Below are positions 12,912 through 24,549 of a DNA stretch of 64,000 nucleotides, piece by piece (within the stretch, counting starts at the first letter, position 1; every line of letters starts with the position of its first letter). Both the position numbers and the translations under genes were made by a program. Source of the stretch: Vicugna vicugna (taxonomy: Eukaryota); the NCBI GenBank assembly GCA_013265495.1, contig MU058213.1, positions 3,348,001-3,412,000 on the forward strand, given 5' to 3'. A model generated the notes under the pieces. That model worked only from the letters and a program-made list of their open reading frames with translations, made no database searches and was not told the origin of the DNA.

Positions 12912-13523
12912 CTATTTTTAAAGAAAAAAGAAAAAAGGAAGTATTTTTGTGATCCAAACAAGAATGATATAAAGAGTCAAGGAAGAGTATAGCAAATGAC
13001 ACAAGTCCCATCCCTGAAAACATGTGATGTTCTGAGCCTCCTGTCCACACCCCCACATAGATCCCTCCAGACGCCTTTTCTCTGCATTGCTCAGTTAGAT
13101 GCCCACTCCCTCCAGGCTTTCTCGATTGAGGCCATCTACACAGACACACTAAAAACGTGTGTGCCATAATCCTACTTAATATGCAGCCACTTGCGAATAC
13201 ATACAGATGATAGATCAAAATTTTAGATTTGTCCATGGGTATATGAATTTGTGGGTGGGTAAGAAGAAGATAAAAGGGAAACTTAAATAAAAAGGAACAT
13301 CGTGTTATAAAAACAAACAGAATGGTGACTTCAGAATGACTCTAGCTACAGTTTAACATAGGTCTTTAATTTCCTCCTAAAATTCATCACCGGATTACAA
13401 TATTTTGTATCAACCTTCATATCAGTGCTACTAAATTCAAGAAAAGTGGGAGTTAGCTATGAGATAAAACAGCAAATGTGAAAGTATAAGATTTTCCTGA
13501 ATGCAGAAAGAAAGAAAACATAC

Positions 13524-13682
13524 CTAACACAGTTAAAGTTGCCATGGCAACTGTAAAGTTGCGTGTGCCTGGGGTGGTGGCCCGACAAATGTACACTCCA
13601 GCATGTTGTAGCCTGACATCAGATATCATGAGGTTACCGTTACCAAGCACCCGAGTGTTAAAGACATCAATGGACTTGTGAT
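13524..13682 (-). CDS. PRTG: PRTG exon 6 (159 nt, phase 1-1), second half of Ig3
   Basis: Acceptor gaaatag|AT, donor TAG|gtatgt. (D)[52 protein letters not shown]. Confidence 0.95.
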
Positions 13683-14076
13683 CTATTTCAAAGAGAAGGC
13701 TTCAGTTAAATTAGTGTAACATACAATCTAAATTTTTTTCCTTTTTCAGTTTCATTATGTAGAATTGTTACAGTTTGACTGCACATATACACCATATTGC
13801 ATGTAAATACATACAGTACACTGCACATTTTCTTTAGTTTTCATATATGTACTAATTATTGTTTCTAAGAACAGATTAGATCTCATATGATCTAAAATTT
13901 TGTCAAAAGATCACTATCCAAACAATCACTATCATAAAAAGTATAAAATTTCTCTACGTTAAAATCTTTCCTCTACACACTGAAATACCGAAAAGTTTGT
14001 ATATAAAATAAACATGTTATCAATTTCATCGGTATGAACAAAGTTGAAGGAAAATACTTCTTCTTCTAAGACTTAC

Positions 14077-14214
14077 CAAGACGGCTCCAAGAAATGATCG
14101 GTTTGGGATTTCCCGTGGCCACACATTCTAAAACAACAGTCTGATGAAGAGATGCCGTTATGTTCTGTGGACCTGCTATAATGGCTGGTGTGTGGAAGGG
14201 CTTAGGCTCCTTCC
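14077..14214 (-). CDS. PRTG: PRTG exon 5 (138 nt, phase 1-1), first half of Ig3
   Basis: Acceptor tttccctctcaaag|GG, donor TTG|gtaagt. (G)[45 protein letters not shown]. Confidence 0.93.
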
Positions 14215-14299
14215 CTTTGAGAGGGAAAAAGTAGAATATAAAAATAAATTATAAGATACAAATAAAACAAGTTAAAATACTTATGCTGAAGTTACTCAC

Positions 14300-14735
14300 T
14301 TTTTAAAAACAACCTTATTGAGAGGTTAACTCACCCATCTGAAGTGTACAATTCAGTGGATTTTAGTATTTTCAGAGTTGTAGAACTATTACCATAATTA
14401 ATTTTAAAACATTTTCATTGCCCCAACAAGAAACTCCATTCCATCAGCAGTCACTCCACAATCTTCTCTCCCCACAGCCTGACCACCACTCATCTACTTT
14501 CTGTCTCTGGATTTGCCTATTCCAAACATTTCAATAAAAAGGAACCAAGTATTATATGGTCTTTCGTGACTGGATTCTTTTCACTCAGCATAATGTTTCA
14601 AGGTTCATTTAAGTTGTAGCATGTACCAGTACTTCATTTTTTATTGAATAATAATAATAGAACAATATTTAATTAAATGAGTAAGACACATTTATCCATT
14701 TATTGGTTGATGGACACTTAGGCTATTTCCACATC
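14300..14735 (-). mobile_element. L1MB-like 3' UTR fragment in intron 4
   Basis: aagtgtacaattcagtgg...tcactcagcataatgtttcaaggttc...gttgatggacac matches the reverse of a recalled L1MB 3' end. Confidence 0.8.
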
Positions 14736-15714
14736 ATCCACCTTTAATTGAAGTTCAGACAATAACTTAATGCTTTCACTAATCTTGTTAGGAATTTATG
14801 TGATACTGGGGAGAAGGGAAGAAGTCTTGACAGTGCTTTTGTCTTTATCCTTCACACCAAGAAGCTAATAGATACCATCTAAGATTAAAACACGGCATTT
14901 AAAATTTCATTTCAGACTCAGTGCTTAAAATTTTTTTTTTTTAAATCTTAAAGGACCTTTTAGGAAGTAATACCTCTTGCGAAGAGCAAACATTCATGTG
15001 AAGTTCAACAATGTCTTTAGGTCAGGTTTTCTACTACTACATTCAAGTAAATTGAATTATTTAAAGACAAAAACTATCATCTATCTTAATTCTGTTTTAA
15101 TAAAATGCATATTTCTTTCCTCATATTCATCTCTGTAGCTAATTTCCCTTCTAACTATACTCAAGTATGGCAAACTATATGAAATTATGTTCATTTAATG
15201 TTAACAATGATAATTCCTGGGTATGGAACTGGGGACATTTTAAAACATATCTTTGTACATTTTACATTGTTTAGTGTAAAAAATAATTTAGTTTTACTTT
15301 TATAGACATCACTCTTTATAAGAAGTAGGCATCATCTCCACAAATGGACATTGTAATTTTTCTTAGAACAACAAACAAAAAAATTCAAACTGTAAACAAG
15401 TATATCTCTATTGGCAATGAAGTGGCCACCTTCAGTGGAAACAGATGATTGTTATTTTTTTGTGTGCGTTTTTTGTATTTTATATTTTAAAAACAAAAGT
15501 AAAGTATTTACAAAATAAAAATTCTTTCTTAAAGATGCTGACATTAACATATAAAACAAGTTAGTTTGAGAAAGTTGCTTAAACAGATAAAAATAGATTA
15601 TAATAATTTAAATAAAATTGAAGTACTACTTTATGGCATATTTCTATAGCCAGAGAAGGAAAATTAACAGCTGGGCATCCATACTTTGATGTAAACCCCA
15701 CTTCTGTGTGGTAC

Positions 15715-15848
15715 CTGGAATCACTGTGAGAGAGGCCTCCATGCTTTTACGTCTGTGGGCTACAGTAGCAGCAACACAACGGTAGTTTCCAGCATCCTGC
15801 TGGTCGACATCATAGATCTGCAATACTCCTGTTGGTAGGGCGGTTATC
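15715..15848 (-). CDS. PRTG: PRTG exon 4 (134 nt, phase 2-1), second half of Ig2
   Basis: Acceptor cataacag|G, donor CAG|gtacca. (R)[44 protein letters not shown], containing the Ig DxGxYxC motif. Confidence 0.94.
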
Positions 15849-16835
15849 CTGTTATGAGAAGGAAGATGATTAAACTTTGCAGAAGATTTTATATTTTATC
15901 TTAACATATATTCTATGATACGAATTAACATACTCAACTTTTTAAAAAAGTGCCAGATGTAATACTTTAAAGATCTTCTAAAATATTAGTTTGATTGAAT
16001 ATTTTTATTTGGGTTTTATTTACAACTCTCTAAAACACGATTATGCTGTATGTGGTTTGTGAAATCTATCAGTGTAATTTTGTACAGAGTCTCACTTGAC
16101 ATTACAGCTTACATTTAACTAACTGGTGGTCTAGAGCTTAGTACGATTTTTTTCAAATTCCTGACTTCTTGCCTATGTATTCTCCAAGATACATCTGAAT
16201 ACAAGTTTTGTTTTTAAAGCTTTTCCTTAAATAACTTTGTCCATCTTAGCGCTCTCTACCATTTCAGCAAATGATTTCTGTCAGCTTAGGAATATTGCTG
16301 CTCATTAGGACAGGAGTCAAACTTTTGAAGTTGCTGCCAAGTTCTTGACCTCTAAACTCTTATCACCTTCAGAGCACAAGGTACATGCATGCAAGTGAGC
16401 AAGTGTGTGTGTGCATGTGTGTGTACTGTAGAGGGGGCTGGAAAGCAGAAGGCCGAGATGGAAGTGGGCAACGACCACTGCACACATGGGAGACCCTTAT
16501 ACCAGCGCTACTATTCCTAGCAGTGAAAGTGTAATTCAGTTTCCTAAATCCTTGGACAGCAATCCAGGTACTCAGGTGGTCCCAAGGTTGGAAAAGATGT
16601 TTGAGGAAAGGAACAGAGTATTTGAATTCTGATCTGAACCAAAAAAAACAGGAACTATGTCCCATGTACCAGAGACCCATAATCTAATTCTTTGCCTAAC
16701 TTTGAAATGTCTTTTAAAAACTGGTTACTGCTACCAACAGTGAAAATGAGCTCTCCAACGGTCTTTCCCTCCTGTAAAGCTTTATGAAGTCCTTGCTACT
16801 CCTCTGTCATCTTTAAAGACATAAGGTGCATTTAC

Positions 16836-16980
16836 CTGTCCATAGTTACAGGCAGAGTTGTCCGATTTAATTCCCATGTTATGACTGCAGCAGGGTTTGA
16901 TGAAATCTTGCATGCAAATCTAGCAACTCCACCTTCTTGGACCTCAATAGAAATTGGCTGAACTTCAAATGCAGAAATAG
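16836..16980 (-). CDS. PRTG: PRTG exon 3 (145 nt, phase 1-2), first half of Ig2
   Basis: Acceptor tcttatag|CT, donor CAG|gtaaat. [47 protein letters not shown]. Confidence 0.94.
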
Positions 16981-18171
16981 CTATAAGATAAAGTTTGTTA
17001 AATTCAGAATATGTACATGTATTATTACACTATATTTAGAAATAACATTATTCTAGACATAATTTGTCAAATTTGAACTCCTACCCAGACATAAGGTCAA
17101 CTTAGCAAGCACAAAGAGAAATTAAGGAATAATTTTATAAAACCACTGGGCAGTTGCCAAGCTAAATGAGTTTGGTCTTTTCCAAAATGAAATTCTAAAA
17201 AGCTTCTCAAGCAACAGGATTGTGTTCACAGGACTGTGAGGAAACAACCAGGATTAACTACTGCAGAGTAAGTCAGATTAAGGATTGATGGAAAAGTGGA
17301 AGGAGAGTAGAGATAAAACAAATTTGTACCATGGTACAAACTAAGGCATCACTGAAAAGTTTGAGCAAGGGAGTATCATGATAACAACAGTGCCTGGGAA
17401 AAATTACTCAGGTACTGTCACATAGGATGGATCGAAAAAAGTAGTGTCTCAAGTCAAAAGGTCAACAGACTATTTAAATAGAAATGACACAACTGAGTGG
17501 TGGCAGTGAGAATGGAGAGATTCTACAGATACCTTAATGAAAACAGAGACTTGATTCTTACCGGACACAGATATCTCACTCCATGTTTGGAATCAAATGA
17601 AGTTGGTATTGATGGAGCAGAACAAGAAAGGAAAGAGGAAAGACACCTGTCTGATGAATAAAAGGTACACAGATTTGAGACTATCTTTCGACTTCTGTAT
17701 TTCTAAAGTAGAGAGAAGTCTCGAAGTGTTGATATTTTCGAGAGAGAACTCTTCTTTACCATTCTCGGCAAGCCTCCAGCAACTGGTCATCAGCATCCTT
17801 GGTCTCACACTTTGACGGAGTCCAGACTCCAGGTGGTATTATGCCTTGCCTCCCCTCCACTAAGTCTTTCAGGATATAAAGAAAGGGCCCCAGTGATTGT
17901 TCAATCGATAAAGTGAGAAGTTGTAAGAAAAATAGAAGGAGTAAGGGCTAGATGACTTATGCCTCATTAGACTGGGAAGGGAAAAAGGTCACAGACTAAA
18001 AAATTCTGCCTTGGGCTTGACTTCATTACTTTGTAAATGGATCATGGGCCTTTTGAGGTACAGAATAAAGCCACTGAAAAAATTCTTAGGGGTATCTGCT
18101 TCCAAAAAGGGTGGAGTAAGGGTAAACGAATACTTTGTGTATGTAACAAAAAATTCCTGCTTCTTCAAGAA

Positions 18172-18632
18172 CAGTGGTTTTCAAACTGCTGTTGTCAGTG
18201 AATCCACAAGGGTGAAAGCATTTGTATGATATCCAGTCTATGCCTTTTTCACTGTCATTTCTTTTGCATACATAGTGTTTCTCTTGAGTACATAGTGGGT
18301 AACAGAGCAATAGACACTGCAGATGCAGATACATGTGAGAAACCAGTTGCCTTCTGTCAAGCTAACTAAAGAGACTCACACAAATGGAAAACAATGTCAC
18401 TCCTCTCACTAAAGTTTTTTGGAAAATAGTTATTTTTCATCAAATGTGTTATGTTAATATGCAACTGATTAATGTTCTCATTCAAAATTAATTAATGAAT
18501 ATTTTTAAAACTTCTCAGTTCTAATTTCTAAGAATAAGTATTAACAGACATAACCTACATAAAGTGAAGCTCTTTGGGGTCCTCAGTATGTTTCAGAGTG
18601 CAGAATAAGAATAAAATGTTTTAAGAACCATC
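18172..18632 (+). mobile_element. Charlie1-derived non-autonomous hAT transposon (Charlie1b-like)
   Basis: TIR-like cagtggttttcaaa at the start and tttaagaacca at the end. Internal 'aaacaatgtcactcctctcactaaa' and 'aagctctttggggtcctca' are typical of Charlie1. Confidence 0.8.
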
Positions 18633-19229
18633 GAATTCTAAAAATCAACATAATTTTTCTCTTTAATTGCTTCCATAATCACTTTCTAGGATGTTAATCT
18701 ATTTACACACATTTTCATTCTTTATCAGACCTCAGGCCCACTAACTGAAGCATCAGGAAACAGATGGTTATATTCATCTTCAAAATATCAAGTTCATACT
18801 CAGAACAGCCCAATTTCTCAATAACAATGAAAGCTTATCTTTCATTAATTAACTAAACTTTTCTCAAATACATTCATATTTTGGGTGAATTAAGACCTAA
18901 GTTTCAAAAAGTTTAATGCATGCTTTATGAAGTATTAACTGCTTTTATTGATCCCACATTTACCACGTGTGAGGGGGTGACCTTTAGCCTCAGTTGTCAT
19001 TGATAATCCTGTCTATATTCAATTTACAGACTTCAAAGTGAGCATTTTTATCTTATTCTTTCCCAGCATTTACCTCTCCAGACTGAAATATCTAATACAG
19101 TTTAATTTTTATTCATAAAGCAGTGAACATTTTCTTCTTACCACACAATGAGTCAAGCACCTAATTCAGTACGTTTTATCTCACACACATATACGAGATA
19201 AATCTCTCACTATGTGTATCTATGTACAT

Positions 19230-19850
19230 CAATATATAGCTCATCTCTGACTTCTCTCCATCCCTAATAGTACTCTTTGAGTCAGGCCCTTATCACCTAC
19301 TGCCTGGAAGTCTTGCAGGAGCATCTTAGGTGATATTTTTCCTGCCAACGACTTAACCTTCGAGAGTGATGGTCATAAAATACAAATCTGATTGGTGTTG
19401 CTGATGAATTATTTAGTCCCTGCAAAGCTCTGTCACCTTGTAGTCAACCACCTAAAATTATGTTCCATGAACCCTGAACTGCTTATAATTTCTCTGAATA
19501 CACTATACTTAATACCTCTGAGCATTATGTGAGCATTTCCTTCTCTTTCAAATATCCTAGGTCTCTTTGTCCACCTATGAAATCCTGTTGTCACTGAAAG
19601 CCTCGTTCTCCCGTCTCATCCCTTGGGAGGCTGTTCCTGACCTTTGTCTCTACAAGTTCTGTACACGAAGACTTTTATTGCCACTTTTACCCCACAGTAT
19701 TATTTATAATCGCTTATTCACAAGTCTTCCTCACATTCTACACACTGAGCTCAACGAGGGTGAGCAGTGGGTCATACTCTCTGCAGGATCCCTTAAGTCA
19801 GTGAATGGCACAGACTCGGCACTAAAGCAGTATTTGCTAAGTTAAACTGA
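19230..19850 (+). mobile_element. L2 3' fragment
   Basis: Pyrimidine-rich degenerate L2 3' sequence ending ggcacagactcggcactaaagcagtatttgct. Confidence 0.6.
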
Positions 19851-20477
19851 AATTTAAAAAATGTTTTCTAATTCTATTAGGTCTTTAAACAAAGTAACTA
19901 GAAACGTGGGCAATCTCCCTGGTACGAATGCCAAGGCTTGGGATGAGAAGAAAATAATACTTTTTATTATTTTGTTTGCTAATTCTAAACAATCCCTGAC
20001 ATTTTGGTGGTGTTATTTTTAGAGACAAAAATCTGTCCCTCCTTTCTTAACGGATTTTTATAAAGATTAAGTAAGCCAATATAGTGAGGGCTCTTTATAT
20101 ATTTATTGTAAAACTTTTTATCAGTGTTGTGGTTATTAAGAATAAAAATAATCACTCTGTTGCCTTGAGTAATTTCCCTCCAACCACTTAAGCCCTTGAG
20201 AGTCATTTTTTACTCTAAATCTCATCTAACCAATCAAACAATAATGATGCCTCTGAACGACTCCCTTTTCCTTCAGCAGTTCCCGCCTTCTTTCCCAGAT
20301 GCGTTAAGTCTATGAAACCCCTTAGCTTTTTTATTATAAAAACTAAACTAACTTTGCACTTTAGGTCAAATGGGCTAGAACTGGTGTCATGAAAGTCTGA
20401 GAACTAAAAGATAAACAGATGTATCCTGTAACATAGCAAGGGCATTTGTTTATTTTTTATACTGTGTGTGGGGGGAA

Positions 20478-20815
20478 ACAGCTTTACTGAAGTATAATTC
20501 ACAGTGCATGTAATTTACATTCCACAGAACTCACCCATTTAGAGTATATAATGCAATGGGTGTGTTCACAGAATTTGTGACCATCTCGATCATCAATTTT
20601 AGAATATTTTCATCACTTCAAAAAGAAATCCCATATCCTTCAGTTATTACTCCCTAATCTTCCCATCCCTTCCCCACTCCGGCTTTACTGAGATATAACC
20701 GACATATGACATTGTGTAAGTTTAAGGTGCACAACAATGTGTACGTCTGAGGCCTGATACATGCATATACTGGGGAATGACGACCACAGTAAGGCTGGTT
20801 AACACAGCCATCAAG
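20478..20815 (-). mobile_element. Two adjacent L1 3'-end fragments (L1MB-like and L1MA-like)
   Basis: Two successive reverse L1 termini: cagctttactgaagtataat (~20480) and ggctttactgagatataac (~20681). Confidence 0.75.
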
Positions 20816-21099
20816 CATGAGTACTTCTTATCCCACTCTGTTATTCATTAAGTTATGAAGCAAGTACCATAAAAAGTTTTTTTTAATCCTTTATACTTAA
20901 CATGTGTAACTTTTTGGTTCCTTTTGAAAATTCAGCTGGCTGGCAAAATGATTCTCCCCAGAGAAGACCAGGCCAGACACTCCCTGGGACTCTGGTCAGC
21001 ACCTCTGAGACTGAAGAGCAAGAGGCACGCATGACTCAACAATAAATGTAAGTTGCCTTCTCTGGTTTTAACTCCTCCATCTGGGTGCCAACCCCATCC

Positions 21100-21990
21100 T
21101 CCACCCCCGCCTCTGGGAACCTGATGTATCTGTGTTTCTTACATCTCTCTCCTTCCTGCATATTTAAACTCTTCTTCTCCTGACTCCTTCCCTCAGCTTA
21201 TAAACGTGTCTAAGTCTTTCCCAACCTCAAAACACAAACCTCCAGGCCTCTCTTTACAGCACATACCCCTCGAGCAGCTATCCACTGTCTCTCTTCTCCG
21301 TGGCATCAAAACTTCTCTAAAGAGCGGTCTACTCTAGCCACCTCCCCTTCTCCCTCTCTGACTTGATGCCTCAAGCATCTAACCTGCATTCTTCCCCTAT
21401 GATTTTGTTGAAACAGTGTCTAGGACACTGCTCACTCCTCCAAGTTCTCTGACTCCATCCTGTTCCCTTCCAGGGGCTCTCCCTCCTCCTTCTGCTCCCC
21501 CTTCCAGAGACTCTCTGTTCTTCTCTCTCTCCACATTCTCCTTGGGTGACCTCATCCACTTTCAGTTTCCTACTACATCCATCTGCTGCTGCCGAGTCCC
21601 AAACTACATCTCCAGCTTAGATCACCAAGCCCAGAGCTTCACACCCATGGCTCTATGCCTACCGGACACCGTCACCTAGAATCCACAAAACGTACCTCAA
21701 ACTCATCGTGCCCAAAATGAAATCATCTTCCTTCCTCCCAGCCTGTATCTCTACCTCAGCCTGTCACACCGTTGTGCAGCTACTCACCTGAGCTAGACAC
21801 TACTGACTCCTCCCGCACGCTCTTCAATCAATCCCCTGGTCCCACTGATTTTAACTCCTAAACGTGTATTAAATCCATTCCGTTATTCCTGTCCCGACAC
21901 CTCTCACTCGAATCACCATAACAGTCTCTGTCTGGTCTTCCTGCTGTCACCTTCCCTCTCCCCCCTCAAAAAACGTCCTCCTGACATACA
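21100..21990 (+). mobile_element. L2 fragment
   Basis: CT-rich L2 ORF2 remnant (ccttgggtgacctcatccac, cctcaaactcatcgtgcccaaaatgaaatcatcttcc). Confidence 0.7.
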
Positions 21991-22664
21991 AGTGTTAGAT
22001 GTGGGCTGTACGTGACTCACAAGTGGCTTCCAACTATTATTTCAAAGGCTTCTATAACTCAACCCATTACTGCAAAAACCACCATGGACAATATTTTACA
22101 AAAAAATGTGATTCAATTTTAAATGCTGTCCAAAAGCACTGTGTCTTATCAACCCTCCTAAATCTTCAGACTGTTCAGCCTAATTATTAGAAATACATGT
22201 ATGTATCTTTGCTACATTAAAGGAACTGATATCTTTATACCAATTATATATTTTTCATTCTTTTTGACTGGGTACATTCTCAATAAATGAGATTTGGTGG
22301 CTAGCTTTTACACACCCCCCCCAATAAAAAGAGTAGTTTGGCGTCAATTACTACCAAACTATTTACATGGTAAGCATGCAATTGTATAGTCAATGTACAG
22401 CAGTTATATAAAAAATTGAGTATTTCTGCTAATAAAGATATACATTATAACTATGACACAAAGGAGTTAATCTCCATGAATCACACATTAATATCAACCT
22501 CATTATCTTTTATAATCATACCATTAATTTAATTTGTAGTTAATCCATGCTGACAGCCTTTGAATCATGCAGTTACTCATAAAATAATGGGCCAGATTAA
22601 CTGTCACCAGACAAGGTTTTAATCAGACTTATGGACCACTTTTAGACTAAAGTAATCTCTTCTA

Positions 22665-23110
22665 AATTCATTCATTTATTCAACAACTGTTTATTCAGTG
22701 CTTAGTATGTTCAAGGTGCCAAGAATCCAGTGATGAACAAAACTAACAGAGGCTTTGTCCCCAGGGGTCTTTGTCCAGCAATGCAGAAAGGCATTCACCT
22801 AAATTACTATGCAAGTATACAGTAATTGTAAATTGTGAGAAATGCTATAAGGAAAATTATGGAGTATTATTAAAGTATATAACAGTTATAATATTGACAG
22901 AAATAACAATAGCTTACCATGTATTTTATTGCAAGGAGGCACATTAAGTACATCACATATTCTAGTTTATTTAATCCTCACAACCATTATCACCCTAATT
23001 TTCAGTTCAAGAAACTGAGACACAGGGAGATTAGCAATTTGCTCAAGTTCTGCAGCCAGTAAGTGGTGAGGGTGGGATCTGAATCCAGGCAATCTCCAGA
23101 GATCCTACAT
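22665..23110 (-). mobile_element. L2 3' end followed by a MIR
   Basis: cattcatttattcaacaactgtttattcagtgc is an L2 tail. gaaactgagacacagggag...gggatctgaatccaggc is MIR. Confidence 0.7.
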
Positions 23111-24319
23111 GAATTCTCTCATGAGTAAAAGCATGAGATACCTAAACTTTCTGTGGAAGGTAAAAATTACTGTTTCTACTTCCACGCAGTTTTGCTGCTC
23201 AGGCAGAAGTTAATATGCATTGGTTTTCTAGCTGGATAAGAGTACATATCCTGTTAAATTCCTAAATTTCCAAAACGGAATAGCATCTTTAAACTCTGGT
23301 ATGCTAGGATTTTGAAGCTATGGCTCAACTCAAGTGGGAGTATTTCCATTTCTAGGAACCTGTTAAAGATAGGTATGCAAGTAAACTGAATCATACTACC
23401 CCAGTCTACAATTTATTTACAAAACAAGTAGCTTTTAAAATCTATTTTTAAAAAACTAGTTTATCTCATGGGAATATCAGCTATTCCTTTATTATTATTC
23501 TCCTAGTTCTAAGCCCACATACATTTGATCATCAAAAAGCCAAACACCTATAGAGAGCGAGCGTGTAGAGGTAGGGAGACCAGTTAAGAGGCTTTCAGAA
23601 AGTGGAGGAGAGACCAGCTGTGGGCTTGAATGACGGCAGAGACTACAGGAGCAGAAGGGAGGGCATATACAAGAAATGCTGTACATTGAACAACATGATT
23701 TGGCCATGAGGGGTTCAAGGGAAACAGAAGGAAAGACCCAAACTTTTCTGACGTTTCCGGCCCATATGCCTGGAAGGTTGGGGGACACTACGCTGCCTGA
23801 ACGGAGAACACAGGAAGAGAGAGCAGATGGATAGATGAAGCACCATTACAGGTTCTCATTTAACAAGAATGAGGAGAAACTGGACATGTTAAGGAGACTA
23901 GGAAATTATAAAATAAGGCCAGGGATTACTAATATCAACAATATCAACAATTATCTATTCATCCTGATTTTTAAACAAATGGTTCAGATGTTAGACTATT
24001 TTTTTTAAGATTTAAAGAAAAATATCCATGAGTTTTTATAATAGCAGTCTATAAAAATAGCAATGTACAACATGTAAAATCAGCAGAGAAAAGGACTTCC
24101 TACTTCTGAGGCTCTGTTGGAATGAGATAAGGAGAAATAGTGTTTACTGTTTTTCCAATCTTAATTTATTTTCATTTCTTAATGACAGAGTTAAGGCATA
24201 AGTAAACTGAGATAAAGGATATTAAGACTAAGATAAAATTTTCATCTTAACTGGTTTAAAGAAAATCAGGAATAAAACCCAGTACAATGCAGGGCACAAT
24301 TCAGGCGCATACAGAGAGG

Positions 24320-24480
24320 TGGTACAGTGCAGAGCCCTGAGGGTAAGAGTGCAGACACTAAAATCTATGGATCTGGGTCAGAATCACAGTTCTGCATGCC
24401 TAAGCTGTGTGCCCTTGAGAAGTTACCCAACCTCAAGCCTCAGTATTCCCCAGTAAAATGGGGATAATGCCTTATAAGAA
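24320..24480 (+). mobile_element. MIR
   Basis: ctgggtcagaatc...agctgtgtgcccttg...gcctcagtattccccagtaaaatggggataat. Confidence 0.75.
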
Positions 24481-24512
24481 TAACATTAAATTATACATAC
24501 ATATACATATGT

Positions 24513-24513
24513 G

Positions 24514-24544
<31 letters not shown>

Positions 24545-24549
24545 ACACA
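24513..24549. repeat. (CA)n microsatellite
   Basis: Directly visible CA run with one interruption. Confidence 0.95.

Noticed and set aside
12718..13236. 172-aa ORF as an extended or alternative first exon
   Set aside because: Only 12752-12911 is protogenin-like and bounded by splice sites. The rest translates intron, including the polypyrimidine tract.
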